Assembly (NCBI GenBank): GCA_040357565.1
Contig: JBDODJ010000006.1
Length of the DNA stretch: 64,000 bases
Direction: 5' to 3' (one strand)
DNA from: Cercozoa sp. M6MM
Taxonomy: Eukaryota > Protista > Endomyxa: Ascetosporea
Shown piece after piece: positions 25,822-38,416 of the stretch; the stretch's first letter is position 1; each line of letters starts with the position of its first letter. The notes under the pieces are model-generated. The model made no database searches, was not told the origin of the DNA, and saw only the letters and a program-made list of their open reading frames with translations. Made by a program: the position numbers and the translations under genes.

Positions 25822-27745
25822 TTACGACAGGAGCTTGTCGATCAAATCAACAGTTGCTTTTCTGTCTGCGGCTGCCTTTGATAGTTTCTTTTCACGCTGG
25901 GGTTTCAGCAGTTCCGAACGGAACATGACTACAATGTGCACATCTAAAAATCCCGCCCCAGTTTGAGTATCGTATGCAATGCAGGTGTACCAGGCTTGTT
26001 TTTCTTTGTTGGTTTGACTGCCTTCGAGCGCTCGATTGATCTACAACAACATTGACAGACTGAGGATAGACAGGTCGCGGGACATTCTACCTTTGCAATC
26101 GCATCTCGTTTGCGAGTGCCTTTGCTTCAGCTGTCTCCCGTCGCACGCGGTTTCTACGACCCAGTTCGAACCTTTTCTCATGCGCAGTAACGAAGTCGGG
26201 TGGTATCTTCCTGCGGTAGCTGATAAGTTCTTCAAGTTTGTTCTCAATTGCCGTCATTTTCTGTCAGTTCAGACAATAGACAATAGAGGTCATGCGTAAC
26301 GTACATACATGCATACATACATACATACATACATACATACATACATACATACATACATACATTACATACATACCGTAATGGCCGAAGCATCTGATGCTGC
26401 GTGGAAGCCACAGCGACGGTAGGTTTCGTTGACTTTTTTGCTCAGTATATCGAGCAAAAAGCGCTGATCTTCAACGCTAATCCCGGCAGAAGTAGTGGCC
26501 GACGTCTCTCGAAGCTGCGCGAGGTTCTGTTCGTGTTCGTGCAACGTCTTTCGCAATTGTTCCACCTCCATTTGCTTCTTCACTCTTTCTCGCTCAGCCC
26601 TTTGGAACAACTCGTCGTGCCTTGCGCGCATCTCAGCTTGTGTCCCCTCAATTTCTTGACAGCTTTGGATCAAGAAGAGATTCTTTTCCTCGAGCTGTTT
26701 AAAAACTTCCATTAAAGCATCAGGCGAGTCAAAGTAAAGGGGCAGTTTTCTTCTCGACTTTTTGCTCTCAGTATTTTCTTCCATAGCTGTCTGAGTGTCT
26801 CGCTCGATGACTTCCTTTAGCTCCTTCAGCATGCGCCGAGCGGCCTTCAGGCCCGATTCGTCCTCCGAAGACACGGAGGAACCTCCATCGTCCGAAGCTT
26901 CCTCTCCAAGAACCAAATCCTTGCTCTTCGTCGAATCGCTCTGTTCTTTCGCAATGAGGTGAACATGCTCTGGCGGAGGAACGATGCCACGCTCTGCCAA
27001 CCACTCCAAGGGTGTGCAACTGTTCAAAAAACGACGGTACTTCAGACACTGCTCAAGCGACCCCCGCAGGCGCAAGATGTCGTTTCTGATGCGACCCACA
27101 TCATGCTGGAGTTTCTTGAGCTCGTTCGTGGCTTCCTGTTTTTCCATTGAGGCCTTTTCGTGTCGCTGGATGCTGTCATGTGCGAGCTTGTCGTTTTCCT
27201 TCAAAAACGCATCGAACTTAACCGCATCCTCTTCAAGCAGCTTCTCGGCTCGCGTCAGCGCCGCTTCTTTTTCCAACGCGGCGGCTTCAAGTTTCCTCAT
27301 TTCTTCGTGTTTGATGTTCAGTGACATTTGCATGAGGAACATATCACGCTTCTTTTTTATCATCTCGCTGATGCTTTCTGACTCGCGTTGAACCGCTTCC
27401 ATCGCTTGCTCTTTTCGGTCTGAAGCACGGTGCGCCACTTCGAGTGACTTACTGTTGCAGATTCGTTTTGAGCCTTTCCTGCGCCTTACCGCGTCCTGTA
27501 CCACAGCACTCGGCTTGGCCTCTTCGCCGACGCGCTCCCATATCTTCTTCCGCGACCTAAGTTCTCGCTTCGCTTGCCTCTTTTTCTTCTCCGACTCGCG
27601 GGCTGGAGTCTCTTATTTTTAATCCAAAGCTCAAAGAATACAAAATTGAACTACCCTTTACAAGCTCTGCATTCGACGGGACTCGAAATGGGTTGCTGCC
27701 GTCAGAAGCGCTACTTTGCTTCTCAAGAGAGCTTTGGCTGCTCAT
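25822..27745 (-). CDS. CFAP100: Cilia/flagella-associated protein 100 (DUF4200)
   Basis: NPFRVP; KKRDMFLMQMSL..K..E; LLEEDAVKFDAFLKEND; LPLYF..P..FKQLEEKNLFLIQ; C-terminal KPVMFRS. Confidence 0.88.
26302..26373 (-). repeat. (GTAT)n tetranucleotide repeat starting at a CFAP100 5' splice site
   Basis: (ATAC)n on the + strand, about 17 units. Confidence 0.95.
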
Positions 27746-28162
27746 GACGCCAAAGCTGAAAGCACAGTGCGGGCCCCAGTTCGACATCGCGATAGAAAAT
27801 TGGGAGAAACGCTTCACTCAGCAGTTTCAACATTCTACTGCCCTCACTGCCCTCAGAGGCAGTGTGCATTTTCCCTGTAATATTATACCTCGTGTCAGGT
27901 CCTGTATTTCCCTGTACTTGTACTTCCGCGCCGTGCAGATTGGAAAGATAATGATCGATCGCTCCACAAACCGGTGGGTGGTGCACGAGAGCATTTGAAT
28001 ACACAAGCGTCAGAGCGATCCAGCAAGTGCTTGCTTGTGCTGAATCAGCCCAGGTTTTACGTACAGCGCTAAGCCGCCATTTGAAGGTTACAAGCGCTGG
28101 ATAAACTGTGCTACAGGAGTTATTGATATTGTGCAGATCTCCACTGCTGTTGGAGCACTGAG

Positions 28163-28535
28163 ATGTGGCTTTGGGGAACGGCCGGTTTCATCAGTCTCGC
28201 CTGCGCGCATTTCCTGGCGCGCAGTGCTGAAAAGTCGGATGCCAATGGTACCTGAAATCCAGCGATACTTAGCATACCTGCACCGCACAACATGTCAAGC
28301 TGACTGCAGCGAAGGAGCTTTCGATGATGCCTCTCATGAGGCTGGGCGAATTGCTTCGCTCCAGCGAAGGTGAAGAAATCGAAGGAAGCACTGCGCACTT
28401 CCGAAGTGCGTTGCAAAGCGGTGAATCACGGCGTGTTTTGCTCAAGGGATGCCTGCAGGCATTTGGCAACCGTCCGTTGTTAAACTCACCAATGACAGCC
28501 AAGCCCGTGCTTGGTTTCGAGTCGGTACGTAATCC

Positions 28536-28628
<93 letters not shown>

Positions 28629-29642
28629 TGTGTGTGCGTGTGTGTTGCAGAAAGTCGTTCGCGTGATCGAGCAAAAGGTAGTCGAGGAGCGCACACGTTC
28701 GCGATCCCGCTCGCCGTCCAACTCGCGGTACAACGAGCACAATTTGCGTATCTGTATTCCACCCATATACCGTGGGTAGCACCGAGTCCGGTGATAGTTC
28801 GGGCAAAAGTCGTCGCGAGCGCACAAGGGTACTTTCTCACTGCATCATTCTTGATGTGAGCAAGGTCTGTATCTTTCAGGAAACGACAAAGCGAACGCGA
28901 TGGGAACGCAAAGAGCATTCCGTTCTCGACCAATGTACATCTTGACATGGACTGTATGTGTGTGTGTGTGTGTGCGTGTGTGTGTGTATGTGTGTGTGTG
29001 TGTGTGTGTATGCGTGTAGCCACGAGTATTCCAGTGGCCCTGAACGATGGCACTGGCTCGGCGCGCCTGCTCGACAACTGCCGAGTCATGAAGCTGTCGC
29101 AGTCGGCCTACAAGACATGGATGCCGATGGAGGACGCCAGCAAGGACAACGGCGGCAGAGGCTCTGGTCTGGCACTCGACCTTTCCGGTGGTTTGCACTT
29201 CCGTATGGGCAATGTCGACCTGTCGCTCGACGCTCACAGCGGTAACGACCGTCGTACCATTGGTCTACGTGCTGAGGTACCTGATAGTTCAGAAAATACA
29301 CCACACAATGGGGGGGGTATACATATGTGCTACAGGAAAGTGTGCTCGATGTGGGCACTGAGGTGATCTTCGTTGGTGACGCTCGCGTTGATATCGATGG
29401 ATCGCTTGTGCTGTCACAACCGTCTGATGTACCTCTGTTCTTTCAAATGCTAGTACTCCACATTCGTGTTGTCTTTGTTAATATAGGGCAACTTCGTGCT
29501 CACTACTAAGTCGCTGCACGAGGTCCGTGACGGCCTGCAAAATGATGCAAGCATCGGCCGCAACGTTGCCAATGTGCTTCGTGCTGTCGGCGTGGCTTCT
29601 CTCGGCGTGGCCGTGCACTCTTTTCTAACGGTGAAGGAGTGA
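28163..29642 (+). CDS. MUL1/SP1-like GIDE-domain two-TM protein with no RING domain
   Basis: Spliced: MWLWGTAGFISLACAHFLARS (TM1)..LNDGTG..TIGLRAEESVLDVGTEVIFVGDA..LSQP..FVLTTKSL..TM2, then stop; resembles the GIDE region of SP1/MUL1. Confidence 0.65.
28537..28645 (+). repeat. (TG)n microsatellite, intronic
   Basis: Fills most of intron 28525-28650. Confidence 0.97.
28953..29017 (+). repeat. Imperfect (TG)n microsatellite, intronic
   Basis: Abuts the acceptor AG at 29019. Confidence 0.95.
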
Positions 29643-29861
29643 ACTATGCTGAATTGGTTCCGTCTGAATAATACATTAATAGCGTACTTGCGTTTGACCT
29701 CAATTTACCCCGCCCCCCCTTCTTCGCTTGCGTTGTAGTACCGGACTGGATTGGGCGATAATGTCAGTTATCCTCGCCTGCAGTTGAGTCGGTCGGAAGC
29801 GGATGGATCTTCAGTTAAAGAAAGCTTACGTGAGCAGAAACCAGACCCCACCCTAGCCGGC

Positions 29862-30665
29862 CTAAGAATCGACGTCCTCATCGTCTTCGTCCTTCATTTC
29901 ACTTCGCATACGTTGCACAGCCTTCCACTCGTCGTAGTGCAACTTGCGTCTCGCTTTGAAGTCGCTTTCGTGCTGCTGCAAACGCGTCTCCTCAGAGACG
30001 TCGAAACCGACGTGCTGCTCCGAGTGATCACTGGCGTGGTCGCGACGACGAAGCGACTCGGCGACGAGTCCTTCCAGCGCACTCGCATGCCCGGGCTGGA
30101 TGCCAGTCCCGGGAGTGTCCGACGATGCCGAAGAAACTGAAGACCGTCTTGCTCGTTTGTTGAGCTCAGCTTCGAGTTCAGCACTCGACTGCGCCGGCCC
30201 GAGATCGAAATCGTCCGAGTCGTTCATCTCATCCTGAGCCAAAACAACATCTTTAAACAAAGGATGGGGACCGGGATAAGGGGTACAGGAGAATGGGCCG
30301 GCGCGTGGTATGGCGTTGGCGGCTCATCGATGCGAATATGCGCATACTGTGCCTTCACTTCTTCGTTTGCTGCAAGATTGCCTTCGTCCCACTTCAAGCG
30401 ACGCCGCCGCGTTGTGCTCGACGCCGAACGATTCGAACGCGACTCCGATGCACTCCGACCCTTCTCCGCAACAGTGCGACCCACAAGTCGGTTTCGTTCG
30501 CGGTTCTCTTCCGCAAGCTGAAGGTCCGTCGTCACATCCGACAAACGAGGCACCTCGTCGGCACGCTTATTCTTTAAAATACCTACTCAAGTACAAAAAA
30601 GCAAAAATAGCAATGACCGCAGTGCCATATTTTGCAAACACACCCAAGTGTTCCGGTTTCGACAT
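29862..30665 (-). CDS. PPP1R2: Protein phosphatase 1 inhibitor-2
   Basis: Spliced MSKPEHL-GILKN (SILK motif); LKWDEGNL; RIDEPPTPY; FKARRKLHYDE. Confidence 0.92.
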
Positions 30666-31373
30666 TCTGTCCCTTCTTGAACACTAAATGGCTAAATAAC
30701 GCACGTTCAAGTGACTCACGTTCCTGGAAATACACCCCTCATTTTCAGGGAATCATGTGAGCCGAAGGCAGTTGCCAGTTGTTGCTGTTTCAGTACTGCA
30801 CAGTAGCGCTGTTTAGGCGGGCATGTCAGCTCGGGACAGTCGTAGCAGAAGCCCGAGGTACTGAGTTCGCCCTGTGCCGTTGTTGGGTCAGTCGACTCGG
30901 AATATGAGCGCGCTCTAAACATTGTGTAAATTTCGCCCATATTCTTCTGACAAAATTTCGGCACACTTTTTAGTTCCACTTGATGACGGTCATTGCCTTG
31001 TGTTCGCACTGGTTCCGTAGACGTCATCATGCGATTGGGTCGCAGTCGGCGGTACGCATACAACAGCCTGAGTGGGTTCAGTTGGGACAGGAGCCGACGC
31101 AGGAGTCAGAGTGCCGCACCAGGCCTGTGGTACGTCGAGCGCATCAAACGGACTCACGAGCTTGTGCTGACGCTCAAGCGTCACGCCCCAGACTCGCCGT
31201 TCTCCTAGCATGCCTAGAATTGTCGGTTGTTGTTCAACAGTTTAAACCGTCCGGTCAGTTTTTTCGAGCTGTATCGATGTTATGGTGGACCAAAAAATAA
31301 AGTAATTATCCAATGATTATAAACCCGAGAGTTCAGAGTTTTTGTGCTCGTTGAAAGCATCAAGCGAAGCAGC

Positions 31374-32388
31374 ATGGTGTCCACCAAAGCTCTGCCTGCC
31401 TTGGCGCTGTTGATCGGTACATCAGGGTGCTTGCTGTGATTTTTGCTGAAGTGATGTAGCTTGGAGTATCGACACCGATTTGCAGGTTGGGTTGGCACAA
31501 GTGTCATGCAGTATCGACAGCCTCCTGCCGAAGTGGTAATGCGAATGCAAAGCTTGTGCTTATGGGAACACTTTCTTTCAACAGATGGCAATGTCGATCC
31601 CAACTAACGCTAGCCTGTTTCTCCCTGTGCTTGCACTTCTTTGTACGTTGAACTTAGCCTAACTTTTGGCTGGTCTGACACCCTAACTGTCCCTGTCACT
31701 GCGGGTAGGGTGCGGCATTGTTCTTGGCATCAGCTTCCTGGAAGCGCCGGCCAAGTTCAAGTCCAAGCACGCGAGCCGCGAGGCTCTCATCGACGTAGGT
31801 CGCACCGTCTTCGCCGCACTCCACCGCGTCGAAGTCGTTCTCTCCGTCCGTTCCATCAATTGTCATTGTGAACGAGAGGCAATAGAAGGGTTTTGGTTTG
31901 GTAAAACAGTTGCTCGCTCTGGCAACGGCTTCTGTTGTGACCAGCACGAGTCTCTGGGACCTGCTGTCGATGTGGCGCTTCAATCAACTGTACAGCTTGT
32001 TCCCCCTTGACTAAAATATACTTGCGCCTTCTGTGCTTTCATGCAGTCGCTTCGCCTGCGCTATTGTCGCCGTGCAGCATGTAAGATCTTTTTGCTTTTT
32101 CACTTCTTTGCTTTTAGATATCTGATTTTTTCAGGCCACGTTAATCCCAGCTCTTCAGCGACATGTAATCCCCCCCCCCCCCGTTGCTGACTGCAACTTG
32201 ATAGCTTTGTTGTCGTGCTATAGGCCGACGCAGTCGTGCTCAAGAAGAAGGAATCGCTGGCCAACACGGCCGAGGAGGAGTTTGCGCGCAAGGCGCACCT
32301 GTTCTACATTGCCGTCGAGATCGCCAAGGTCGCCGCACTGCTGTGGTTCGCGTCGGCCGAGCTTAGGTCACTGGCGAACATTCCCTGA
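31374..32388 (+). CDS. Small multi-pass membrane protein, DUF4149-like (about 8 short exons, missed by the ORF track)
   Basis: Spliced: ..LALLWCGIVLGISFLEAPAKF..IDVGRTVFAALHRVE..LIPAL..HLFYIAVEIAK. Confidence 0.7.
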
Positions 32389-32608
32389 TTCAGCGCAGTC
32401 AATTGAGTCGAATCCGGCGCACCGATCGACTTCGAAATCGCTCAGGCAACCCCGGTCCCGGTCCATCACGGCGTTTGATCCCAATCCGCCCCGAACCGAC
32501 GCGAACTCCCGTCCGTGAACTTGAAATTTCTGAGCCCTACGTACGCTACTGTTCAGCTACTTTCCTTGACACCCATAGATACAACTAAATTGAATCAGTT
32601 CAGTAAGT

Positions 32609-35499
32609 TTAAAGCGGAGTCGCAGCGGGCGTGAAATCCCCGAGACCGACGCGCACAGCAGCCTTAAGCACAGAGACCCAGGTCTCTCGTTCCTCCTCGC
32701 TCTCGGCAAAGAGTACGAGCGACAGCATCGACATCATCTGCATGCGGTGCTGCTTCTTGCGGCCCGTGCTGGCGTCGCCGTGTTCGCTCTCGTCGCCAAA
32801 GTAGATCTCAAAAGCGAACTCGCCTAGTGTGGCCGAAGCGTGCTCATCGAGTGCGCGCACATTGGCACCTCGCACATCGAGACACCGGTCCTGGCCGGGC
32901 TTGCTGCTGCTTGCGTTCTTCATGTAGGTCAAGAAAGGTCCTGCACGCACAAAAATGAAGCTAACAGAATCAAAATACGGCGACGAAGGCGACAATACCA
33001 CGTAGAACAAAGTAGGCACGCGACAGCGTAGGTGTGCGCTTAAAGAGCGACGACGTGGCACGCTTGAGGTAGCCTTCCATGACAACGCACGGGTACCGCA
33101 GCTGCTTGATCGACGTGCTCCAGGACTGCGAGAACATTGAGTACTTGACCGTCACGGACTGGCGTGGCGGCTGTCGGCGGCTCGTCATTTCAACCGGCAC
33201 TGCGGGTGACGACGTCACGTCGATCTGTGTCACCAGCCTACGTCGCGGGTTCTCTACAGGCGGATACGATTAGTGGGTACACCTATTACCTATGTGTAGT
33301 ATGGATACCAGACTGTTTTGACTTGAGTGCATCGCGTGCCAGTCGCACCGTCACAGGTTGCTGCTCCTGTTCTTGCGCGTCCAGGCGGAAGTGCGAGGCA
33401 ACCGAGTCGGTCTTGCTGTAGCGAGGCGACGGAGTGGTCGAGGCAGAGGACAGCGAGAGTTGCTGTAGCTGGTCCTCCTTGTTCTCATCTGTATCCTCGT
33501 CTTCCTCCCGGTCCTCTCGGTTGTGGCCATAACTGTGCGAGGTGGCACTCTTGACGCGCACTTTGGGCCTACTGTTGCTTGAGCTGTCTTCGTGCGGTCG
33601 CTCGGGCTTGATAAGCTCGTTTACGTTGATACGCATGTCATTGCGTCGCACCTCCTGAATACATGGCAGTTATCATGCCGGTGCTAGGGCAAGGATAGTA
33701 GGTAGAGGGGTGGACAACCGAGAAGGTACCAGCTGCTCCTGCACGAGTGTGCGCACCTGCGCGCAGTCGCCAATATCGGGCAGGAAGGCCACGCGGCCTT
33801 CGACAGCGACGACGCCACGCCAGCTCTTCTGCCGCGCTGCACGTTCTAACAGACACAAGCCTCCGTCCGTCGTTGCACCGTCTTCTCCTGCCACGAGTGT
33901 ATGCGTAGATATGTACTACCTCAGTACTGATCTACCTTAGTGCCTACCTCAGTACAAGACACAAAGGTACGTACCTGACAGACCACTGTCCGAGTGCAAG
34001 TGGGCACGGGAAACAGCGAGAACACTTTCGACTTGGTCAAAGTCGAACTGCTCGGCAACAGTGTCGAGGAAGTCGTAGAACTGCTGCCGCGACTCGAGCT
34101 GACACAACTCACGCTCGTGCGTCAAGAGCATGCCCAGGAAGAGGAGCGACGGCCCAGCCACGCCTTCGCACAGCGTGACATCCACCGCGTGCAATGACAG
34201 GTCCGCGCATGCGAACTGCAACGTGAACAATGGCAGACACCTACAGGCGAAGGGCAGATGGCAAGGGTAGGCAAGCGAGGGGGTGAACAGTATACCAGGC
34301 AAGTGCAACGTTGCCGCACTCGAGTACATCGACGCCGATGGTGTTGTGCAAGTGCTGTGCTAGAGGTGCGTGGTGCTGCGCCAGCCACGAAGCAATCACC
34401 AACATGTGCTGGCGTACGACTCGGCTACTCACAGATCCACCTTTACATATTTATGTAGCTGTCTAGGATAGCACAAGCGGCACCTGCTGTCGCGTTCCAT
34501 GGCACTCTGGATCACTGAAAGGCACAGTGCGACCTCGAACGCGTGTGCAGCGTCACCGTCGGCCACGCACAGTGTCAGTGCGCACAACTCCGGCAAACCA
34601 CTGGGCACGTGCGAGTGCATGTGTGCATGAGCGTGCGTAGCCACAGGCAGGGCGGCGGGCTGATTGTGATCGACAGGCGACTCGCTCAACATGTCGCCCA
34701 GCACGTCCAACGGTGCCCAGATCGATTGCTCCTATTCAGCATATATAACATAGAATACACCGCAATACACAAGAAGTTACATTGTTCATTTTCGCCTTCT
34801 CGCACAGCAATTTGAACGCGCGGATTCGCGCAACCGCAACGGCGACCACCTGCAAAAATAGATATTATAATATAATGTTATAGGAACACCATACTCAAGG
34901 CGTACCAGTTCCTGCAACTCTTCCTTCGAGTACGCAGTCCAGGGACGCGAAGCGCTGTTGCAACAGACGTAGAGGCAACACAAGGAAGCGGAGGACGACT
35001 CTACCCATCGTCGATGAGCCAAGCACCACGCGGACGAGTCGACGGTTGCGTTGCCGTAAAACGCAGAAAGTGCTCGCTGGCATAGCAGTTTTCAAGTCGC
35101 ACCGTGAGCGCATCGCGGAGCGCCGGCGCGAGTTGGCACATGTCGCGCTGGCATGACACAAGACTGATGCCCGTGTCGTCGTCGAACGAATCCAGTGCTT
35201 CTTCCGGGATACCAAGCTGCATATGCGCATCCTACCATACACGTGTTGCGACAATAAGCGCAGCTACCTGTTGTAGTTGAAAACGCGCTGCCTGCCGCCA
35301 CACGCCCGAACGAAAGCGCAAGTCGGCGGGCACGTCTTTCCACAGCTGCAACGCTCATTCAGTCAGGACAACGAGCAGAGCCGGAGAAAACAAATACCAG
35401 CTCACGGAGTTCCATGCGCTGTGACTCCTCTGGGTCCATCACTGGGACCTGGTGTCGCGTGCGACGCGTACCGCGCGTTTTTAAACGCCGGTGCCGCAT
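32609..35499 (-). CDS. Multi-exon protein with a C-terminal PH domain (start approximate)
   Basis: MEGYLKR..RAYFVLR..FLTY..CLDVRGANV..FAFEI..LVLFAESEEERETWVSVL is a PH consensus; N-terminal part unassigned. Confidence 0.7.
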
Positions 35500-35889
35500 C
35501 CTGCAAAATGACAGCAGATGATAGAAAAAACACCAAACCTCTTCGCCCAACAACAAGCAAAACCTAACGGTTTCGTGCCCATACCTCGCGATCTAGCAAT
35601 GCAGGCAACGAAAACGCGCCAACGCACCTCAGAATGTCTGCTGACGCCCGCCCGATCAGCACTTTCAAAAACACTCGTGCTTTTGCACTTAGATGCGTCC
35701 CCGACGGCACTTAGTCGTTCAGCACGAGTGCACAACACCTGAACTTTGGTCTTGCACTGGTGAGTGAAAAGATGACTGTACGTCGGTTATATTTCAGGGT
35801 GTGAGGTTCAAAATGTAACGTGTTCGTGTTTATCGGCAAATGGCCGATTTTTTCAGGTGTTTGGTTTCAAGTTTAGGTCTGGTTCTGAG

Positions 35890-37934
35890 TCATGAAGAGG
35901 AAAACTCTTCGTCCGGCTCTTCGTCAACAGGATCTTCTTCTTCGGCTTCCTCTGCTTCCTCGACTTCTGCTAGCTCCTCAGTACCTGAGTTCTCTTCCTG
36001 TTTCCCAGTTGTGGTCTCCAGAGACTTTTCGAGCTCTAAAAGCGCCTTGACGCCCGCATGCAGCTCCATAACGCAGTCCAGCTCTGACAAGCCCAGACGG
36101 CGTTTGTTTGAAATGTCGTAGACTCCACCCACGGTTTCGGAGTGCTCTCCATGGATGCCTCGAGCCTGGATTTTGTATTTGTCGCAGAGGTTGACGAAGG
36201 ATTCATGCTTTGATGCCTTTGGAATCTTGATATGAACCGAGGCTCGCATTCCTGTCCAGAGCAGAGTTGCCCAGTAAATTCAGATTTCCAATGGTGGACA
36301 ATACCTGTGCCAAGGTTCGTCGGACATGAGCTTATGAAACCAAGGTGGTTGTTGTGTTCAAACCCGAGCTTGTTCTGTAGATGCTGAACTGCTTGTCCCA
36401 GACGCTTAAACACAGATCTCAAGTCACCGCCTTGCTTCGTTGCACGTAACAACACACGTGTTATTATATCGACAATGAGTCAGATATGCAGGAGAGGAGC
36501 ACACGATATTAAATTTACAGTATCTGATCGCGATAGTGTTTAATGTTCAAAATATACCTGCATGCTAATGATGCGAAGTTCGTCTTCTTCGTTCACCCTT
36601 TCCAGTATAAAGTGAAGCATCCATACACGTTACAGTCTGATAAAATTAGTTTTGCAAGGCACTACCAGGTCAAAAATGTCTTTGCGTCGTTGTGGAAGAT
36701 ACCTCGACCCTTTGGGAAGAACCGGTTTATTTGCGCAGACTCCAGAAACGGTCACCTTCCTTGAAGAGGAAATGGTCCTCTACAATTTTACATTGAAAAG
36801 AATCTCCCAACGGCTAAGCCTTGAAGACTCAGTTCGAAAATTATTTTAAAAAAGAACGCGAACAACTGTCTGTGTTTATATTAGGAATACCTGTCAGTTT
36901 CTCTTGCGTCTCCCTGTCCATGCCTTCTAGAGGATAGTACGTTCCTTTCTGCTCATCTTCCAGCTCAGAGAGAGCTTCTGCGACGCGCTTTTCAATCTCT
37001 AGTCGCTGTTCCTCGGACAGCAGTGGGCCGAGCGGAAAGTCTTTAAGGTTGCGAGCAACGCGCACTGTACACAATAGCGGCTATAATTTACTTTTAAATT
37101 TAACACTTTTAGTGCCAGTGAGTAAATTTATATTAAATACTGGTACTGTCTGTACTGGTATGTTCTGTACCACGAGTTGACAAAAAGTAGTCGCCAGTCG
37201 GATCCAATGGCTCCTCGGGAACGTCTTCCCACCTAAAGTTCTCCTGTGGATGTACCGCATCGGGTGCGAAACCATGGTGATATTCGTCAATCACCGCATC
37301 AAATAGAGGCGCGAATACTCGGTAGCTCTCCGAATCGGGAGCGTAGCACCTGTGCGCATGACAGTAAGTTTAGATTAAATACACAGACACCTAATGTACA
37401 ATGAATGATCGACAGACTTTGATAGTTCTTCGGTCAAGTGTTTCTTGAGGAGCGAATGGGCATCGTGAGCGTCACGAAGCTCGTTGAAAAGCTGCTCTGC
37501 TTGTACCACGTGATTCGGCTGTTCTTGCACTTCGCCTTTTGTGACCTCGGCTTCGACCACAGCAGATTGAGCAGAGTGAGCAGAGTCCTGTCTTTTTTGA
37601 CCTTTTTTCTGCTTTTCTTGCGTTTCCTCGTGCTTTCCCACTCCCTTTTCTTCATGCACCTTGTGCTTCTTCTCCACACTTTTGGATTCATCCTTTTGTT
37701 GACGTTCACCTTGAGTTTTCTCCTTCTGGCTCCCAAATGTTTTGGCTTCGCCACGAGCCTCAGCAGTTGTTTCTTTTCCTGCAGCAGGTTCAGTTGCACC
37801 CTGGGCCCGTTCAGGGGCCGACGCTACAGGATGAATACCATACACCGTACAAACATAGTTAGTGTTGATGGTATTGATTCAATTCGAAAGTGTCGAGTAC
37901 CAGCGGAGGCCTGCGCGCTTTGGCCACAGCCCAT
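35890..37934 (-). CDS. ATP:guanido phosphotransferase (arginine kinase-like) with an N-terminal MGCGQS acylation motif
   Basis: SLLKKHLT; YAPD; STRVRVARN; DHFLF; GRGIFHN; VNEEDELRIISMQ; SCPTNLGTG; RGIHGEHSE; YDISNKRRLG. Confidence 0.92.
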
Positions 37935-38416
37935 CAAAGACCTGTTTCTGAACTTAGGGAAGTCGTCAACCAGGGACAGCTTTCTCGAAATGGTCTTTTC
38001 AGAATTCAGCAGGAAGCTGAGCACAGTATCAATCTAAGCGTCTATTGTAGGGGCTTATCCCAGGAGTTAACGTTGCGCCAGGTGTAGTCAAATAATCATG
38101 ACCTCCGCGTGGTCGCACGGGTCATCCCATGATGGCCAGTTGCGACCCGTGAGTCTGTGTGACAGTAGGTTGGTAGGGCTAGAAACAGTTGTGCAGAATG
38201 CAGGACAGGAACAGACACACAGTCGACCAAAACTGCACAGCAAGCAGCACCTTTAAAATTGCCTGGGTCAGTATTATGAGTCCGTATTTTCGGACTACTG
38301 AGGCGCATTTTAGACCTTAGAGCAGCGCTTGTGTGTGTTTTGTAAGGCTTTACGTACACGGAGTCGGTTTACGCTCGCGCGGCCTGATCAAATCTATTCT
38401 GTGTGTCCAGACTCGC

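Noticed and set aside
28269-29366. ORFs with long HTHTHT or VCVCVC runs (also near 18.5, 38.6, 48.5 and 57.7 kb) that look like metal-binding proteins
   Set aside because: They are translations of intronic (CA)/(TG) microsatellites bounded by GT-AG sites
30900-30990. Possible box C/D snoRNA: TTTCGCCCATAT resembles the complement of a conserved LSU rRNA segment, with CTGA nearby
   Set aside because: One mismatch in 12 nt, the guide is offset from the D box, and there is no proper upstream C box (TGATGA lies downstream); would need snoscan with the organism's own rRNA
30823-31300. Possible small + strand gene (MSARDSRSRSPR...) between inhibitor-2 and the DUF4149-like gene
   Set aside because: No unique splice model and no recognisable product
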